This document shows positions 46,384 through 54,080 of a DNA stretch of 64,000 bases, piece after piece. The position numbers and the translations under genes are program-made. The first letter of the stretch is position 1. Every line of letters starts with the position of its first letter. The notes under the pieces were generated by a model that was not told the DNA's origin, ran no database searches, and saw only the letters and a program-made list of their open reading frames with translations. Origin of the DNA: a virus (lineage: Duplodnaviria > Heunggongvirae > Uroviricota > Caudoviricetes); the IMG/VR virus record IMGVR_UViG_3300021060_000024, positions 11,577 through 75,576 of that record; one strand, 5' to 3'.

Positions 46384-46578
46384 TCAACCCCGAAAGCCAG
46401 CCCGTCGCAGTCGGCTGAGCTCGTTCTTGCGGCTGCGCCAGTCGCTCGGCGTGGCCGACAGGATCGCCACGATCTCGCCCGCGGCGTTGCGCACCTTGTA
46501 GTGCCCGTTCCCCGCGCGCTGCACGGTGAAGCCCTGTGCCTCGATGGCCTTGAGTAGGTGTCGCGTCTCTTTGTGCAT
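46384..46578 (-). CDS. HicA/YcfA-like small protein (possible mRNA interferase toxin), no partner evident
   Basis: MHKETRHLLKAIEAQGFTVQRAGNGHYKVRNAAGEIVAILSATPSDWRSRKNELSRLRRAGF. Confidence 0.4.
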   Translation of the reverse strand: MHKETRHLLKAIEAQGFTVQRAGNGHYKVRNAAGEIVAILSATPSDWRSRKNELSRLRRAGFRG

Positions 46579-46657
46579 GTTCGCAGCATACATGGGGGGG
46601 CACAGGGGGCACAGCCCGGCCCAGAACTTTCTGTGCCCCCCAGCGAAATGGCATCGT

Positions 46658-46752
46658 CGCAGGTCAGAGCGTTTTGGGGGGCACGGGGGCAGGGGCGTAC
46701 ACCCTCTGTCGCGCGCGTATGCAGGGGAAAGGGTGTAAAGCCATGCCCCCTT
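46658..46752. repeat. structured element R2 (copy of R1)
   Basis: See R1. Lies in the divergent intergenic region between the HicA-like gene and the HNH gene. Confidence 0.55.
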
Positions 46753-47209
46753 GACCCTCTGCTGCATGATGACTTATCATCAAGCCATGGATGAGACGAC
46801 GAGGGCGTGGGTCCGCGCAGCCCTGGAGCGCAACGTGGCGCCGCCCAACCAGATGGGCTGCGCGCGCTGGCTGCGCGGAGTGGACGACCTGGGCTTCGGC
46901 CTGATGTGGGTGCCCGACCCTGAGCGGGTCTGGGTCTCTCGTCGGGCTCACCGCATGGTCTACGAGCTGGAGCACGGGCCCACGCGTCGCCTGGTGCGCC
47001 AGACCTGCGGGGACCGGCGCTGCACCACGCTGGAGCACCTGACGCCCGCCACCGTGGCGGGCCGGCCCACCGGGCGCCACATCGACCAGGAGGTGGTCGT
47101 CGCCATCCGGGAGGGCCACCACCGGGGAGAGACCCAGCGCGCCCTGGGGATCAAGTGGGGCGTGTCTCCCTCTCATGTCAGCCGCATCGTGAACGGGCTG
47201 GTCCGGTGA
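46751..47209 (+). CDS. HNH endonuclease with C-terminal HTH (start may be ATG 46766 or 46787)
   Basis: RRAHRMVYELEHGP...VRQTCGDRRCTTLEHL, then HTH ETQRALGIKWGVSPSHVSRIVNG. Confidence 0.5.
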   Translation: MTLCCMMTYHQAMDETTRAWVRAALERNVAPPNQMGCARWLRGVDDLGFGLMWVPDPERVWVSRRAHRMVYELEHGPTRRLVRQTCGDRRCTTLEHLTPATVAGRPTGRHIDQEVVVAIREGHHRGETQRALGIKWGVSPSHVSRIVNGLVR

Positions 47210-47343
47210 GTTCGGGCCCCGAAGCCGAGGGTGTTCGTGTGTTGCGCGGCATCCTCATCGGCATGGCGCTGGGCGTGGGCTGCTGGTGCGTGGCTGGCGC
47301 GTGGCTGGTGCTGGGACTCCTGGCCGTGGCCGCGTGGCGCTGA
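47206..47343 (+). CDS. tiny membrane peptide (45 aa)
   Basis: GTGA overlap with the HNH stop. ILIGMALGVGCWCVAGAWLVLGLLAVAAW. Its stop overlaps the next ATG. Confidence 0.3.
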   Translation: MSSGPEAEGVRVLRGILIGMALGVGCWCVAGAWLVLGLLAVAAWR

Positions 47344-47900
47344 TGGACTGGCGCGAGGAGTGCGCCGGGCCCTTCGAGATCTCTGGCGCCGAGATCGAGG
47401 CGGGGGAGCTGGCGGGGCGGGCCCTGCCGGCCTCGCTGCGCACCACCTACCGCCGCGGCGCCAAGCACGGCTGGGAGTGCCGGGTGGTGTCCTGGCGACG
47501 CCCGGCCCTGCGCCCCGACGGCAGCATCAAGCCCCGCACGCGTGATGAGCCTCGGTTCGACCCCGACTCCGGCAAGCCCCTGCTGACCGAGCGGGGCGTC
47601 CAGCGGGTGAGCAAGGTCGAGATCGAGGGCAGCGCGCTGATGCAGGACACGCTGCTGCTGCAGGCCACCACCGCCTGGGAGGGCCACGTCCAGCGCCTGG
47701 CCGTGGTGTGGACCGACGGCAAGTTCGACGCGGCCTGGCACCGCTGGCCCCACCTGGGGCCGCTGTCCAGTCCCGAGGTGAAGACGTTCATGGAGTCGGG
47801 CGGCATCCCGCCGCACCGTCAGCAGGGTGTGCCCACCACCGTGTGGGCCGAGCGCGCGGCCAAGGCCGCGGCGAAGGAGGAGGACGAGGATGGCGAGTGA
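47343..47900 (+). CDS. hypothetical protein (185 aa)
   Basis: Internal ATG of track ORF 47286..47900, coupled to the upstream peptide. Confidence 0.4.
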   Translation: MDWREECAGPFEISGAEIEAGELAGRALPASLRTTYRRGAKHGWECRVVSWRRPALRPDGSIKPRTRDEPRFDPDSGKPLLTERGVQRVSKVEIEGSALMQDTLLLQATTAWEGHVQRLAVVWTDGKFDAAWHRWPHLGPLSSPEVKTFMESGGIPPHRQQGVPTTVWAERAAKAAAKEEDEDGE

Positions 47901-48231
47901 GACCCCGACGATCAAGCTGGTGGCACCGACCCTGCCGCCTGGCCACTACTACGAGGTCGAGGAGGCCAAGAGCGGCTGGGTCAAGGTCGCCGTCATGGAG
48001 GCCAACACCGAGCGGGGCACCGCGGGACTGCGCCCTCCCAGGCGGGTCATGGGCCGGGAGGCCAGCGCCCAGAGCACCCTGGCCTGGGGCACCCTGACGC
48101 CGCGCGAGCGTGTCGAGCTGGTGATGCAGCAGGTGGGTCACGAGTTCCTCGACCGCTGGAGGGCCGACCAGGAGAGCGCGGAGATGAAGACCTACATCGG
48201 TCGCTACGACGGCTCGGGGACCAAGCTGTGA
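47890..48231 (+). CDS. hypothetical protein (113 aa)
   Basis: Track ORF tail (MASETPTIKLV...). Confidence 0.4.
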   Translation: MASETPTIKLVAPTLPPGHYYEVEEAKSGWVKVAVMEANTERGTAGLRPPRRVMGREASAQSTLAWGTLTPRERVELVMQQVGHEFLDRWRADQESAEMKTYIGRYDGSGTKL

Positions 48232-48569
48232 GCCGGGCCGAGCCCACCACGCAGTACGAGGCCCTGCGGGCGCTGGGGGCGCCCAAGCTGCCCGAGGGCT
48301 ACGCCTACGCCACGGACCGGACCGACTACTACGGCAGCCGCGTCGTGGCCCTGGTGCGCCTGCCCGACGCCAGCGCTCGTCGCCCGCGCGAGCACGTCGA
48401 GAACTCCTTCGTGGTCGACGGCATCTGGCGCATCCTGTGCCTGGGCGAGCAGCGCGCCATCATCCTGGGCTGCCACGTCATGCGGGCCCTGCTGGCTCAC
48501 GACCTGCGGGCTCAGGCTCGCCATGAGCGTCGCCAGGCGCGGCTCAAGGTCGACGGGCCGCTGCGGTGA
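48228..48569 (+). CDS. hypothetical protein (113 aa)
   Basis: GTGA overlap. Confidence 0.4.
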   Translation: MSRAEPTTQYEALRALGAPKLPEGYAYATDRTDYYGSRVVALVRLPDASARRPREHVENSFVVDGIWRILCLGEQRAIILGCHVMRALLAHDLRAQARHERRQARLKVDGPLR

Positions 48570-48919
48570 GCGGGGTGGTCTACGACGGGCTGCTGAGCAA
48601 CGGCGCCCCCGCGCTGCCGGATGAGCACTACTACGAGGTGCGCTGGCGCCACACCCTGGGGATGACCTACGTCAAGGCGCGGGTCAAGCGGCGGGTGTGG
48701 CTGCCCTGGCTGCCGGGGTATGCCTGGAGCCGTCAGGTCACGCCCTGGTACGAGGCCTACGTGCGTGACGAGGACGCGCGCAGCGCGATCAGCGCCTACG
48801 CCTACGTGTGCGCCCGCACCGTGCAGGAGGGTGAGCTCCTGAGCGCCAAGAGCAAGCGCGAGCGCCACCTGGCCGAGTTCGCGGGCAAGCATGGCCCCCT
48901 GCGGGGCCAGGGTGCCTAG
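48566..48919 (+). CDS. hypothetical protein (117 aa)
   Basis: GTGA overlap. Confidence 0.4.
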   Translation: MSGVVYDGLLSNGAPALPDEHYYEVRWRHTLGMTYVKARVKRRVWLPWLPGYAWSRQVTPWYEAYVRDEDARSAISAYAYVCARTVQEGELLSAKSKRERHLAEFAGKHGPLRGQGA

Positions 48920-49265
48920 GGCGCGGCGGTTGTGTCGCTACTCCAACCGCGACGGCATCGGGGCCCACGCCGCGGACCCGGGCCGGACCGACTGTGCCGA
49001 GCACCGCCAGGCCGAGGCCGCGGCGCGAGGCGGCACCACGGCGCGCGGCTACGGCGCGGCCCACCAGAACTCCCGGGCTGCCTGGGCCCCCCAGGTGGCC
49101 ACCGGCACGGTGACCTGCTGGCGGTGCCAGACGCTGATCAAGGCAGGCCGGCCCTGGGTGCTGGGCCATCGGGACGACCGCAGCCTGCCGAGCCATCCTG
49201 AGCATTTACATTGTAATCAGCGCGCCGCGGGGCTGTCCCGGCACGGGATCGGAGAGGGAGCCTGA
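48891..49265 (+). CDS. small HNH endonuclease (start possibly GTG 48907)
   Basis: CWRCQTLIKAGRPWVLGHRDDRSLPSHPEHLHCNQ (CxxC...GH...H...C..N pattern). Confidence 0.4.
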   Translation: MAPCGARVPRARRLCRYSNRDGIGAHAADPGRTDCAEHRQAEAAARGGTTARGYGAAHQNSRAAWAPQVATGTVTCWRCQTLIKAGRPWVLGHRDDRSLPSHPEHLHCNQRAAGLSRHGIGEGA

Positions 49266-49582
49266 TGGGCTGGCAGCAGAAGATCACTGAGCCGGAGCCG
49301 CCGCACCCCTGCAAGGTGCCCAGCGACACGGTGCTGGAGCGCGAGCGGGTGCTGGCGGGCTCGACGTGGAAGTGCGAGGAGTGCCAGGCGCTGTGGCGCT
49401 TCCAGGGCTGGGGCCACGGTTTCGGCGCCGAGCAGGGTGAGTCCTGGTCGAAGTGGGAGCGGCTGGCCCAGCCGCGGCCCCAGCCGGTCTTCGGCGGCTT
49501 CCAGGGTCGACCGGCCGCGGTGCGCGACGACCCGAGCACCCAGCCGGGCGGAGGTGCCGTCCAGCAGCAGTGGGAGCGCTGA
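49265..49582 (+). CDS. hypothetical zinc-ribbon protein (105 aa)
   Basis: ATGA overlap. PCKVP...WKCEECQALW. Confidence 0.4.
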   Translation: MGWQQKITEPEPPHPCKVPSDTVLERERVLAGSTWKCEECQALWRFQGWGHGFGAEQGESWSKWERLAQPRPQPVFGGFQGRPAAVRDDPSTQPGGGAVQQQWER

Positions 49583-49630
49583 GACACAGAAGGGCCCCGC
49601 CAGGATCGCCTGGCGGGGCCTCTCGCTGTC

Positions 49631-49972
49631 TCAGGCGGCCTGGGTGGTCCCCGAGGCCCGGGAGCGCTTGTCGGCCGCCACAGCGGCCGTACAGGGCCTG
49701 CAGCGGCATCCGTAGTCCCGATAGCCCGTGGCCGAGCCGTGGACGTGGTCGGGCGTGGGGGCCGCGCGCAGCCGAGCGCGGCGCTGGGCGGGGTAGCAGC
49801 CGGTGCAGCGACAGACCGGGGTCCGGTAGTGGCGCCGACCCAGCACCGGCGGCAGGCCGGGGCCCGCTCCGTCGCGACGCGCGGCGTGGGTGTCGGTGGC
49901 CTGGCCGCGCAGGGTGCGGCAGCGGTCCAGCGGCAGGGCCAGGCAGACCGGGCAGGGGTTGGCCAGGCTCAC
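49631..49972 (-). CDS. Cys-rich protein with two GCRCxxC-type motifs (113 aa)
   Basis: GTG in a GTGA overlap with the upstream stop. RHYRTPVCRCTGCY and GSATGYRDYGCRCRPCTAA. N-terminal CPVCLALPLDRC. Confidence 0.4.
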   Translation of the reverse strand: MSLANPCPVCLALPLDRCRTLRGQATDTHAARRDGAGPGLPPVLGRRHYRTPVCRCTGCYPAQRRARLRAAPTPDHVHGSATGYRDYGCRCRPCTAAVAADKRSRASGTTQAA

Positions 49973-50250
49973 GCGCTCAGCGCCTCCGGCGGCAGGGTCT
50001 GGTTGGCCGGGCGGACTGCGCCGGGCAGCAGCGGGGCCATCGGGCGCACCCCGCCGGGGCGGGTGTCGGCCTTGAGGTCGCGGCGCCGGTTCCAGGCCCG
50101 CACGCGGGCCCGCTCGTTGTCGCACACCATGCACTTCCAGGCACTCAGGGTGGTGCCGTCCGCGCGCAGGCCGTGCTGAGCTCGGGCGTGGGTCACGTCC
50201 CCGTGCAGCGGGCAGGGACGGGTCTCCTTGATGCGGGTGGAGCGGGGCAT
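49969..50250 (-). CDS. Cys-rich zinc-ribbon protein (93 aa)
   Basis: GGAGGA RBS. CPLHGDV...WKCMVCDNERARVRAW. Confidence 0.45.
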   Translation of the reverse strand: MPRSTRIKETRPCPLHGDVTHARAQHGLRADGTTLSAWKCMVCDNERARVRAWNRRRDLKADTRPGGVRPMAPLLPGAVRPANQTLPPEALSA

Positions 50251-50313
50251 GTCGTCCTCCGGGATGGGATGGCCCCGGCCCGCCGCAGCGAGCCGGGGCC
50301 GGTGGATGGGTGG

Positions 50314-50760
50314 TCAGTCCAGACTGACGGTCTCCCAGGGCTGGGCGCCCTGCTCGGCAGCGTCACGCTCCTTGGCCAGGCGGACAGCCTCGGCCCACGG
50401 CTTGCCGCAATCCTGGTACTCCTGAGCGCGGCGCAGCAGGTCGTGGGCTCGATCGTCCAGGCTGAGCAGGTCCCCGCCGGCCAGGCCGCCGACGGTGCAG
50501 CCCTCGTTGTAGGTGCCGACGTCGTCGATCGTCAGGCCGTTGTCGGCCAGCACCTGCCCGACGATGCAGCAGGGCTCGCCGGGGGCGTAGCGGGCGGCGA
50601 TGCCCTTGCGGGCGTTGGTGTCGTTGGTGGCGCCAGCGGTGTAGGTGTCGAAGAAGTACAGGCAGGTGCCGCCCATGTCTTCCAGGTTGCGCTCGGGCTG
50701 CTTGGCGGCGGCGGACTCCAGCGCGGTCAGGGCCTGCTCGAAGGTCAGGGACAGGGTCAC
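50314..50760 (-). CDS. divergent AADH-PCC paralog family member P6
   Basis: ...YAPGEPCCIVGQVLADNG... has the PCC-x-GA core. The N-terminal motif is divergent. Confidence 0.35.
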   Translation of the reverse strand: MTLSLTFEQALTALESAAAKQPERNLEDMGGTCLYFFDTYTAGATNDTNARKGIAARYAPGEPCCIVGQVLADNGLTIDDVGTYNEGCTVGGLAGGDLLSLDDRAHDLLRRAQEYQDCGKPWAEAVRLAKERDAAEQGAQPWETVSLD

Positions 50761-50792
50761 GGTGATCAGCTCTCTCTCGTGGTGGTGGTGGG

Positions 50793-51374
50793 TCAGGAGT
50801 TGGACAGGTCGACGTACTTCTCGGCGGACTCCAGCAGGGCCGCCAGCGTGGTGGTCGACAGAACGACCTCCCGGTCGCCGTGAGTGCCTTCGACCAGCGT
50901 GCGGCTGCTCTCCAGCACGGCCTGGGTGCGCTCGTTCAGAGCGGCGATGACGCCGGCGCGAGCGCGAGCGGCCTCGATCTCGATTCGCTGGACACGCTGG
51001 GCCCGCTCACGCTGAGCGATGCGAGCGGCCACCCCCTCGGCCCAGGGGCCGCGCAGGGTGGCCAGGCGCACCACCTCGACGGTGGTGCTCTCCTCGCCCT
51101 GGTCGAGGGTGTCGAAGCTGTACTTGGGCCCGGTCAGCCGGCACAGCACGCCACGGTCTGCGGAGGAGTCGTGGGACTCGGGCAGGCGTGCGGGGGCCTG
51201 CACGGTGGTGCCGTCCTCCAGTGTGATGACCACAGGCTCGGCGTCGCGGGTGATCCACGAGGAGCGCAGGCGCACGAACGGGCGCGAGTCCAGCACGGTG
51301 GCACGGGCGGGGTAGTCGTTGGTGCTGCGCTGGTAGGCGTAGACCTCGCCGACCTTGATCTCGGAACGCTTCAC
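50793..51374 (-). CDS. hypothetical protein (193 aa)
   Basis: Track ORF. A degenerate copy of the promoter cassette lies upstream (51385-51440). Confidence 0.4.
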   Translation of the reverse strand: MKRSEIKVGEVYAYQRSTNDYPARATVLDSRPFVRLRSSWITRDAEPVVITLEDGTTVQAPARLPESHDSSADRGVLCRLTGPKYSFDTLDQGEESTTVEVVRLATLRGPWAEGVAARIAQRERAQRVQRIEIEAARARAGVIAALNERTQAVLESSRTLVEGTHGDREVVLSTTTLAALLESAEKYVDLSNS

Positions 51375-51433
51375 AGTGATCTCCTCAGTGGTGGTGGTGG
51401 TGGGTAGAGCGTAGGCGGCGCGGGGTGGAGCGT

Positions 51434-51571
51434 CTAGTCGCGCAGGTGGTCGGGGTCGGGCTCGGTGGGCTCAGGGGCGTCGGGGCACCAGCCGTCGTTG
51501 TGGACGTAGTCGGGGCAGCCGCAGAGCAGGCAGTTGCCGTGACCGTCGTCGGTGAAGACGTAGTCGCTCAC
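51434..51571 (-). CDS. tiny Cys-rich peptide (45 aa)
   Basis: GTG in a GTGA overlap with the upstream tiny gene. GHGNCLLCGCPDYVHNDGWC. Confidence 0.25.
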   Translation of the reverse strand: MSDYVFTDDGHGNCLLCGCPDYVHNDGWCPDAPEPTEPDPDHLRD

Positions 51572-51702
51572 CAGCGGTACTCCTTCGGCAGGCTTCGGCG
51601 CAGCACGTGGCGCCGACGTCGGTAGGTGATCTCGCACGCGGCAGCCACCAGGACGGTTCCGCCGATCGTGACCATGGCCAGGGCGGCCAGGAACAGGCTC
51701 AC
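51568..51702 (-). CDS. tiny membrane peptide (44 aa)
   Basis: Hand-translated: VSLFLAALAMVTIGGTVLVAAACEITYRRRRHVLRRSLPKEYRW. Confidence 0.25.
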   Translation of the reverse strand: MSLFLAALAMVTIGGTVLVAAACEITYRRRRHVLRRSLPKEYRW

Positions 51703-51718
51703 AGTGATCAGCTCCAGG

Positions 51719-52258
51719 TCAGTAGCGGTCGGTGGCGGTGGAGATGGGCAGGGCCAGCCCCTGGGCCGTGGCCCACTGGCGGGCGGTGTACGAGCGCTCG
51801 GGGGTGCCGTCGGCGGCGTAGGTCACGACGTAGTGGAAGGCGACGCCGGGGAAGCGAGCGTCGTAGCGCACCTCGGGGCACGAGCGGTTGCCGTCCACGC
51901 GGCAGTCGAAGCGCGGATCGTCCTCCTCGACGACGGGCGCCGGCGCCGCGGGCAGCACCTCGGGGGCCACGACCTGCAGGCGCACGGCCGGCTGCACGAC
52001 GTCGGTGCGCAGGGCGGCGGTGGCCGCCTGCTGGGGGGTGGCCAGGGCCAGCACGGTCAGCAGGCCGGCGAGCAGGATCGGCAGCGTGGACAGCAGCGCG
52101 CGAGCGTGGCGCGGGGTGGGGCGACGGGTGGCGCGGTGACGAGCCGAGACGAGCCGCCCTGCGGATCGGCTCGTCGCGCGGTGACGAGCCGGGCGGGTGC
52201 GGCGGGTCAGGACGCGCAACGTGGCGGTGAGGGTGGGGGTGGCGGCGTGAGCAGACAT
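51719..52258 (-). CDS. secreted hypothetical protein (179 aa)
   Basis: Signal peptide LLSTLPILLAGLLTVLALATPQQAATAA. Driven by promoter cassette E1. Confidence 0.45.
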   Translation of the reverse strand: MSAHAATPTLTATLRVLTRRTRPARHRATSRSAGRLVSARHRATRRPTPRHARALLSTLPILLAGLLTVLALATPQQAATAALRTDVVQPAVRLQVVAPEVLPAAPAPVVEEDDPRFDCRVDGNRSCPEVRYDARFPGVAFHYVVTYAADGTPERSYTARQWATAQGLALPISTATDRY

Positions 52259-52288
52259 CAGGGGCCTCCGAGCGGTGGTGGTGGGCTT

Positions 52289-52355
52289 GTGGGTAGAACG
52301 TTACGGGGTAGAACGTGGCGGTGCAAGCATCGGCCCTGTGACCTACGTCACAGGG
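52289..52355 (-). promoter_or_regulatory. promoter/operator cassette E1 (variant)
   Basis: GTGGGTAGAACGTTACGGGGTAGAACGT plus perfect palindrome CCCTGTGACCTACGTCACAGGG. On the minus strand: TTGCAC, 17 bp, TAACGT. Confidence 0.5.
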
Positions 52356-52374
52356 CCGATAGCTGCGCGTCTGA

Positions 52375-52806
52375 TCAGATCGGCTGGCCCGCCAGAACGC
52401 GCGCCAACTCCTCCTCACTGACGACCCGGTCCTGGTCGAGCACCGGCTGGAAGTTGCCGCGGCGCGTGCGGACGACGTGATCCCAGCGGTTGCCGCGCAT
52501 GTTCGACAGGAGGATCTCGTGGTCTCCGGGGAGCGCCTTCACGTCGGCGGCGTCGAGCATCTCGCCGATGTAGATGTAGCGCCGACCAGCAGGGGCGCCG
52601 TCCGGCAGCCACTTCTCGTTGCCCTCGTCGTCCGTCCAGCGGACCCAGGTGCGCGCCTGGAGGCGCACCCCGAACCAGCGGCCGTCGTCGGGCATCTTCG
52701 GCAGGACGGCCTGTGGCGTGCCGCGTTCGACCTGCACCGAGGCGCCCTCCTCGCTCATGAACGACCCCGGGTAGAGGGGCGTGGCGTGGATGCGGTTCTC
52801 CTTCAT
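52375..52806 (-). CDS. hypothetical protein (143 aa)
   Basis: AAGGAGAG RBS. Track ORF. Confidence 0.45.
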   Translation of the reverse strand: MKENRIHATPLYPGSFMSEEGASVQVERGTPQAVLPKMPDDGRWFGVRLQARTWVRWTDDEGNEKWLPDGAPAGRRYIYIGEMLDAADVKALPGDHEILLSNMRGNRWDHVVRTRRGNFQPVLDQDRVVSEEELARVLAGQPI

Positions 52807-52843
52807 GGCCTTGCTCTCCTTCTGTCAGTAGTCCTGGGGATGG

Positions 52844-53059
52844 TCAGGTCAGGTACTGCAGGTCGATGCCGAGCATGTCGGCGAACGTGTCCACAGCGGC
52901 GGTGTTGCCGACGTCGATGCCCTCCTGCAGGCGGTCGACGGTGGCGCGGGTGGTGGCGTCCTCCAGGGCGAACCAGGGCGCGACGGCGTCGCGGACCTCG
53001 GTGGAGTCGACGGTGGCCGAGCCGGAGCCGTCGCGGGCGGTGACGCTGATCAGTGCCAT
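52844..53059 (-). CDS. hypothetical protein (71 aa)
   Basis: Internal ATG (MALISVTARDG...) of the track ORF. Its start abuts the Lsr2-like gene stop. Confidence 0.35.
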   Translation of the reverse strand: MALISVTARDGSGSATVDSTEVRDAVAPWFALEDATTRATVDRLQEGIDVGNTAAVDTFADMLGIDLQYLT

Positions 53060-53063
53060 GGGG

Positions 53064-53519
53064 TTAGTCCTCCAGGGTTGCGTTGGGGTTGCGCCGGCGC
53101 AGCCCGCCGAGGCGGTACTGACCGGCGCGGTGGGCGTCGAAGGTGTCCAGGGTGTCCCACTGGGTGCGGAACGGGCGCTCGGGGTGGGCCTGGTTGTAGG
53201 CCTTGACCAGCGCCAGGGGCAGCGTGCCACGGTCGGGCACATCCACCGGGGAGACCCGCCGCGCCCAGGCGCGCACCTCGGCGGCGCTGGCCCGGTCGGG
53301 CTTGACCTCGACGGGCTGGCGCGAGGTCTGGGTGTGGCCGGCCCAGCGGCCGGGGCCACCCTTGAGTCGTGGGACGGGTGTGGCGTAGGGCCGGCCGGGG
53401 TGGGCCCGGTTGTAGGCCTCGACGTAGACGTCGGCCAGGCGGCCGCGCGAGGTGACGGCGTCGGGCTCGATGTCGCGCAGCCAGGCGCGGACCTCAGCCA
53501 TGGTGGCGTACTCGCTCAT
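53064..53519 (-). CDS. protein with two tandem Lsr2-like C-terminal DNA-binding domains
   Basis: AEVRAWLRDIEPDAVTSRGRLADVYVEAYNRAHPGRP and AEVRAWARRVSPVDVPDRGTLPLALVKAYNQAHPERP, compared with Lsr2 [30 protein letters not shown]. Confidence 0.55.
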   Translation of the reverse strand: MSEYATMAEVRAWLRDIEPDAVTSRGRLADVYVEAYNRAHPGRPYATPVPRLKGGPGRWAGHTQTSRQPVEVKPDRASAAEVRAWARRVSPVDVPDRGTLPLALVKAYNQAHPERPFRTQWDTLDTFDAHRAGQYRLGGLRRRNPNATLED

Positions 53520-53521
53520 GG

Positions 53522-53944
53522 TCAGTAGCCGAACTGCAGCACGCGAATGGTCTCGGACTCCTCGGTGGTGGACATGACCGAGGCGATGAGCGCGATGGCC
53601 CAGGCGAACCGGCGGTAGGGGTCGGTGCGCTGGTCGGCCTTGAGCGCGTCCAGCAGTGCGCGGGCGGGGACGGCGGTGAGCCGGGCGCCGTACTTGTCCT
53701 CGGTCAGTACCTGCTGCGAGGCGCCCTCGGGGTCGAACATGGTCATGTCGCTGGGCACCTCGGTGCTGGTCTGGTAGAAGCGCTCGCCGGCGGCGCGGGC
53801 CTGGGCCAGCAGTGCACCGGTGGCGGTCTCGCGGCCGGCGTTGGCCAGGTCGATGGTGGCCAGTGTGCGGCAGTCGACCAGCGGGCCGTCCTGCATGTAC
53901 TCGGGGTACTCGCGGACGATGAACAGACGGGTGTCGTAGGACAT
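53522..53944 (-). CDS. hypothetical protein (140 aa)
   Basis: Track ORF. First gene downstream of cassette E2. Confidence 0.4.
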   Translation of the reverse strand: MSYDTRLFIVREYPEYMQDGPLVDCRTLATIDLANAGRETATGALLAQARAAGERFYQTSTEVPSDMTMFDPEGASQQVLTEDKYGARLTAVPARALLDALKADQRTDPYRRFAWAIALIASVMSTTEESETIRVLQFGY

Positions 53945-53987
53945 CGTGATCAGCTCCAGGTGGTGGGTGGTGGTGCTTGATGGGTAG

Positions 53988-54044
53988 AACGTTACGGGGT
54001 GGTGCGGGGCGGGTCAAGCCCCAGCTCTGTGACCTGCGTCACAC
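53988..54044 (-). promoter_or_regulatory. promoter/operator cassette E2
   Basis: Minus strand: GTGTGACGCAGGTCACAG ... TTGACC - 17 bp - TAACGT - TCTACCCATCA ... ACCACCACC ... GGAG - ATG. Confidence 0.55.
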
Positions 54045-54080
54045 CCGCCGGGGGCCGTGCTGGCCCCCGGCGGGCGGCGC

